A stretch of 64,000 nt of DNA from assembly GCA_965655095.1 (NCBI GenBank), contig OZ296657.1, positions 78,740,001 through 78,804,000 of the forward strand, written 5' to 3'. Origin of the DNA: Haplodiscus bocki (lineage: Eukaryota). A model generated the notes under the pieces. The model saw only the letters and a list, made by a program, of their open reading frames with translations. It made no database searches and was not told the DNA's origin. Made by a program: the position numbers and the translations under genes. Of this stretch, positions 58,301 through 64,000 are shown piece by piece; position 1 is the stretch's first letter; every line of letters begins with the position of its first letter.

Positions 58301-61300
58301 AAAAGTTCGCTCGAATCGAAACTTGCATCAAAGCCCACTGTTGTACACTTTGCTTAATCTATTCCTAAATTCAAGTGATATGCTTGTCTTTGAAGGACGC
58401 TCAACGCGCTAAACGTTAGGTAATGCGGAAAATTGAAAACTCAATTTTTCTCAAAGTTTTCGAACAAAATCTTGTGGAAAAACCGGAAAACTTTCGGCTA
58501 AAAACGCGGCAAAGTTTTGACACGCAGTGGGCAATGGGGAATGTCAAATGTTTCGAAAAAATTCAAAGTCCGCTTTTTTTGACGGAAACTGGCCGGGAAA
58601 AATGAGCAAAAGATATCGCCGCACGCCGCTCAACTAAAAGGTGTTCCATCGATTAGTTCAAAAACATTAGCATTTCCAAGCCTATTGTGTAGACGACTCA
58701 AAAATATTGCCCTTGCAGTTTTATAAATCCGAAAATTGAAGTTTTTTCGTTAGTAACTCGCCAAAAGAAGCCTTTCGGCTGCCGAAAATCTGGAATCTGA
58801 TAGATCATGAAGCCGTCGTAATGCTTATACAAAAATATGATAAATCCGACCAATAGGTGCGGAAAAAAATAGATTTGAAGAGATGAAGCGGAGGGATGTC
58901 ACGGACGGGTAAAAAAATCGAAGTCATTTTGAGGTGTCCTTGTGCTTCGCTCCGCTCCGCTCGCCTAAAAGTCCTGGCAAATGTAAAATATTTCTTTCAA
59001 TTAGGTCCATCAGAAATTTGCGCTATTCGTCCTCTGGAAGGAGAATTTCCTCATGATTTACTTTACGGTGAAAATTTTCTACACAAAATAGACGACGAGC
59101 TTTACTTCATAAAGTCTTGTGCTAACGCTTTACCTGAATCTTTTTTAAATGAACTTGAGGAATCTAATCCCGAAAGGTTTCTGGAAAAGACTATTACTTC
59201 AGTGTGAATGGCCTCCGGTCAAAGAATTCCGATAGATAATTGTCATCTTTTGAAATTGAGAACAATCAAGTCCTGAAGTAGAAAAATACATGTTCGCCCC
59301 CTAATTTGCACAATAGCTCTTGATGAGTCTCACAGTGAGACTTCTGAGTTTTTTCCAACGCCTAGTTGACGCACGTTGGTAGTGAATGATGGATTTGGTT
59401 ACTGGGATCACGAAAACTTCGACGCGAGAAAAGTCTGTCTATAATTATTTTTTGGAATTTCCCGTAATGTGATCTTCTATTTTGCTTAGCTAATGAATGT
59501 GTCTACTTTCGAGGTGGATGAGAATTAACCATTTCGGTAATTCAATTTACTGACAAGCGGCGCCGTAAAATATCTGAGTACCCTTTCCAATTCCTGCTAA
59601 GTCATTGCCTCTTGAGTTTTTTTGAATGAAGTGAGTTGATATTGCAAACGAAGAGAATCTTCATTGCTATAAGTATTTTCAATATTTAGCAGCGATAAAT
59701 TGACGATATTTCCGTGGAGAATTGCTTTAATCACCACAGTTTGTCATTTTGCAATCGGAACACAGGTTAGCGCGAGTTAGTAAAATTCCTGACAAATATT
59801 TATTTGCTCCTAATTAGTGATTGCTCACCCGAAGTCGGTGGTTGGACCTCCTGATCGTTGATCGCATTCAAGTTGTCTTTTGGAGGAGCACTTAGCTCAC
59901 CCTCACCCATAATCGAAGTGGTCTCAGAGCCTGAATTACTCCGAGTCATTAGAGATCCACTGACAACAGGTTGAGATAATCGGAGAAATATACTGAATTA
60001 ATAAGAGAAGCTTTTTTGTTACCCGAAGTTCCATCCAAATAAGAATACTCTAAACTGTGACACTAGTTTTTTTGAGAGAACTCCTGTGTGTCCTTTTTGT
60101 TTTCCGCGGCCGGAAGGGCTTTCAGAAGCGCCAATTTTTGTTTTAAATAACCCACAGTCTGATCTCTTACTCGCAGCCAAGACTCAATGATAGTTTTGAT
60201 TTTTTTCTGGTCTGTCACGTTTTCACTCAGCTTTGTGTTTGTTTTCGAAGGATTTCTAACTGTGTCTGGCGTTGCATTTGACCATATGTGTTTGGAAAGT
60301 ATGTCTGCAGACTGGTTGAAACTTGGAGTTGATCTCTTCTATTCAAAATAGGTCCAACAAACTCGTTGATTTCTGCCTATTTGCAAAGGAAGACCGATAC
60401 TCCGTTTTGTACAAGTTTCGGCTGGTCTTCACGTCGGGAGATTCAACCCAGAGTTGCAAAGATCGTTGACTTTAACTGAATACATTGATACAAATCATAA
60501 TGTTTCACCACATTGACCCACCTGAAATCAGGTCAATCGTCGATTGAAAAACAGGATGAATTCCAAGATTGTTATTAGATTCAATATTAACGAACACATT
60601 ATCCGCAGAGTTCTGCCGCCTGGAAAAATGCTCCTTTTTCTTCAAGTCCTTTTCTCTGTTTTGATCTCGGTAACAACTATCGCCTGTTACTTCTGTTGGT
60701 AGACGGACCGTTGATTTTTCCGCCATGATGCAAGATAAATTTCCAGAATAGACCAGTCAGAATAAGCAAATGTCCGGGTTGCCGGACCAAATGTACCCGC
60801 TGCCTTGAAGCCCAATGAATTGATCCAAGGTTAACGTGGGCCCTGACAGTTGACTGCCTGATCAAACAATTCTCAAGCAGTCCGGATCTAAAATCGACTG
60901 TATCTGAACTAGCAACGCTGATGATATTCAATCCTTGATCAAGTCTGTTTAGCTTGAAGCTGAAGGAATCTCATGAAGAAAAATTCCAATCTGCATTGGA
61001 ACATTCAAGTTTTGTTCTGAAACTGAAATCATAAAGTTAATGTTTTTACAAATGGTAATGTAAGATCACAGCTCTTATTATCACATCATTTGACTATAAA
61101 TTTTCATTGCGTTTTGTTTGGAAGAACTGACTTCAGCGTGTAAACATTCCAAGGGGGAGTTAAGATGAGAAAGCATACAAAAAAAACATGAGTTACCAAG
61201 TTTGACGTTTGTAACTATTGACATCCGATGTTGATTATTATTGGCAGCTGGTAAGTTATAACCTGGCGCCGATATAGCATCGAGTCAGCACCTCTTATCA

Positions 61301-63292
61301 ACTTCACGAACGGTATTAAGTTGACATGTACAGTACAAAATCAAAATGGATAGAAATTACCAAATTATGTAGATTCTTCAGAATTTTTGAGGTTCACGTG
61401 TCCTTGAGACAAACTAAATTATAATTCACTTTACACTGAAAATGATGTGGGGGTTGCATTTTCTACAAAGTGAGTTCTTTGTTTGCAAAATTCGATGGTT
61501 ATCTTTCAGTACGTTTTGAATAAACATTAGAAAAGTTGAAACATAAAAAAAAACATTGAAATGAAAATTACAAATGTGTTAGTGAAGTCACTGAATTACT
61601 CACATAAATCGGTTAATTGCTGAATAATGAGATTCTCTGTGAAAATTCTGTTACTACATTTTGTAGGCTGATTCATTTGTAGCATAAAGCAATACTGCGC
61701 TGCTAACACGGCTAACTGCATCTTAAAGCGAAAGTTTTTTTCATATGAATGTTCGACTTCGGAAATTTTGCAATTTTCTGTGGTTTTAAGTGCTCTTAGA
61801 AAAGTTGAAAGGAAAAATGGAGATCCACCACGATACGTTATTGAACAAGGATCTGTAGAGCACTCTGGTGGTAGTACCATTCCTATCGCCGGTGTGGGCC
61901 AAGCTGGACCAATTTGGGATGATGAAAGAAGTAGCCCAGTTCAGCAAAAATTATATGAACAGGCTCCGGAAAAGTCAATAGAGACGAAATTCACAAACGC
62001 CCACAATACGATTGTACACTAGAGCAACGAGCTTGCATCTAGCGTCGGGTGAGTGACTTGTTATTAATGTCATACAAACGCTACCATTTTGGGTGATGTA
62101 AATTCTAATAACTTCGGAGTACAAGTTACGTCGTTTAAAGCGAGTCAAACTAAAGAATAGATGAGAAATTAAAAAATAGCTCACGAGGCGTTCTCCGCAC
62201 AATAATCGGGAGCTGTAATTAGGAGTGGTTACTGTTCTCAATATCAAGCTTTGCAAAAAGGGGGTGAAAAATGTAGTCAAAATGGTAGTTTCTAGACGTT
62301 TCACTAAGTTTTAGAAGTTTGAAAGTTTGAAGTTATTCAAGGATTTTCTAAACCTCCTTCAGCACTGTAGTGAACTACAGTAGGTCCAATGTGAAGCCTA
62401 ATTGAGTTGTGAGCGGTCAACCAATTTATCACGAATTAGGTGTTCATGTTGAAATTTTTGTGGTGGAGCCAACATTTTCCACGAGGCATTTTTCTTTGCA
62501 CGAGGAGTTGCTTCAGTTTATAACTTGCGCCATTTTGGCGTGCCTTCACACAACGAATTGGCCAGTTTTCTGTTTGATGCAACTTATCAAAGAGTTTGGT
62601 TGTGCGCTATCATCGGATAACTGCTTGCTTTCTCTCGAAAGATCAATTTAAATTTTCAAGATAATAACGTCTACTGTTTTTTTCCGAGAACTGTGAAGTT
62701 TCTGGTTATCAGTTACTTCTCAGAATAATCGTCTGTTGGAATCTTCGCGAAAATTCACACCTTTTACATTATTCTATTAGAGTTTGTTTCAGATTGTTAT
62801 TTTTCGCCTCCATGTTTATATGGAAAAGAAAATTATTCTAAGTCTAGTGTCGTTTTTCTTTTTCAGACACGGTTTGCCATTTTAGAATTGTCACCACTTG
62901 TAATGAGAATTTGTTCGCTTCTTGTTCATAACTACCACCCACAAAAATCTATGATCAGCTGATTGGCTACCGGTACTCGCAAAATCAATTGATACTTCTG
63001 GTTACTTTTGATAATACATTTTTCTAACGTTTGTTCCTTATTTTGGAAGGCGGAAAGTATCCCGGAGTTTGCCGGGAGCTTGTTCAGTATTCAATTGCAT
63101 TCATCACTCACATCTAAACTACTATAGTAGTGGAAACATTTGGGGCTGTGTTGTGCACTAACATAAAATGTAACCGGAAACTTTCTTTCCTTGTCTTTCA
63201 TCTACTATCACCGAGACCTCTATACAGTTGTGCAAAAGCCGAGCTTCGTTCGGCTTTCAAAAAATATCGGTTAAAGCTCCAGAACTATTTTG

Positions 63293-63406
63293 GTGGTTAA
63301 ATATAGTGGACTTCTTGAAATAAAATGGGTAGTATGTAGCTTTTATTAACTATATTTTGCTCCATACTACCCATTTTATTTCAAGAAGTACACTATATTT
63401 AACCAC
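63293..63406. repeat. Long inverted repeat / MITE-like hairpin
   Basis: 48-bp arms (63293-63340 and 63359-63406) with 2 mismatches around an 18-bp AT-rich spacer. Confidence 0.9.
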
Positions 63407-64000
63407 AATAAACACAACTTGTGAACAAACAGATCAAAACCAAATTAAATCATGAGGATTGTCAAAAGACGTTCATTAATCATGAACACCTGCAAGAAAT
63501 ATATACTCATTCTGCTCTTTTTGACGGTGAATTGTATTCAGCAGAGAACCCCAGTGTGTTCCGCACGTCCCATGCAAACCTGTACAATGCAATTGAGTCT
63601 CAGCCATTCTCTTGGAAATAGAAATAAAGATATCCGCCATGCCGTCTTTGGGGCTTTGTTTGAATTGATTTCATAATGCGTTTGTTTTTAGTTAGTATCA
63701 TTAGTTAATAGAATATTTTTCATCTATTACTTTTCAAAACGAGTAAGGGATGTATGAGTTGAAAACAATTCTCGTTTGCTTTTCATGAGAAGGAATCTTT
63801 CCTGTTAATTCCCCCCTCCCCCACCAGTAGTAACGACAATTTTAATCCCCCTCCACGTAGAATCGAAGTCGTCTTTGGCTAAAGTTCGCTCGCGCGTGAG
63901 TTCAGCAGACACTGCGAAAATCTGCTGCTCTCAAATCAAAATTCTGCTGCCGCCCAAAATTAAATCTGCTTTTCTCTACCTTTTTGAAATTTCCGCCGAA

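Noticed and set aside
55513-59207. Scattered 60-170 aa ORFs
   Set aside because: No recognisable motifs or consistent exon structure; left unannotated.
61768-62022. 84-aa ORF as a host exon
   Set aside because: Plausible composition but no recognisable domain or supported gene model.

Overview
AT-rich, intron-containing animal genomic DNA (probably an invertebrate), dominated by retroelements. One host gene is clear: a two-exon TMEM170 at 41464-43210. The window holds two large, decayed, envelope-bearing Ty3/Gypsy (Metaviridae-like) LTR elements in opposite orientations. Element A (+, about 16193-31760) has: leader ORF, gag, pol (PR, TARG1/OARD1-type macrodomain, RT, RNase H, IN), an unknown ORF, a chuvirus-type (class III) glycoprotein, a possible spliced acidic ORF and a RING-less TRAF (coiled coil + MATH) gene. 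Element B (-, 43676-55140) has 640-bp LTRs, a GTTA target-site duplication, a tRNA-Leu-type PBS, gag, pol (PR, RT, RNase H, TARG1-type macrodomain, IN), a class I fusion env with furin site and fusion peptide, and a coiled-coil/J-domain (HPD) gene. The headline candidate system is two unrelated retrovirus-like elements that each carry an ADP-ribose-erasing macrodomain, at different positions in Pol, plus a different host-derived 3' accessory gene, resembling a counter-defence toolkit. Also present: an open CR1/L2-type LINE ORF2 (catalytic FADD reads FAED), LINE, BEL/Pao and Copia relics, a tRNA-derived SINE-like head, minisatellites and a 114-bp hairpin. All family assignments come from motif recognition by eye; no database search was run.
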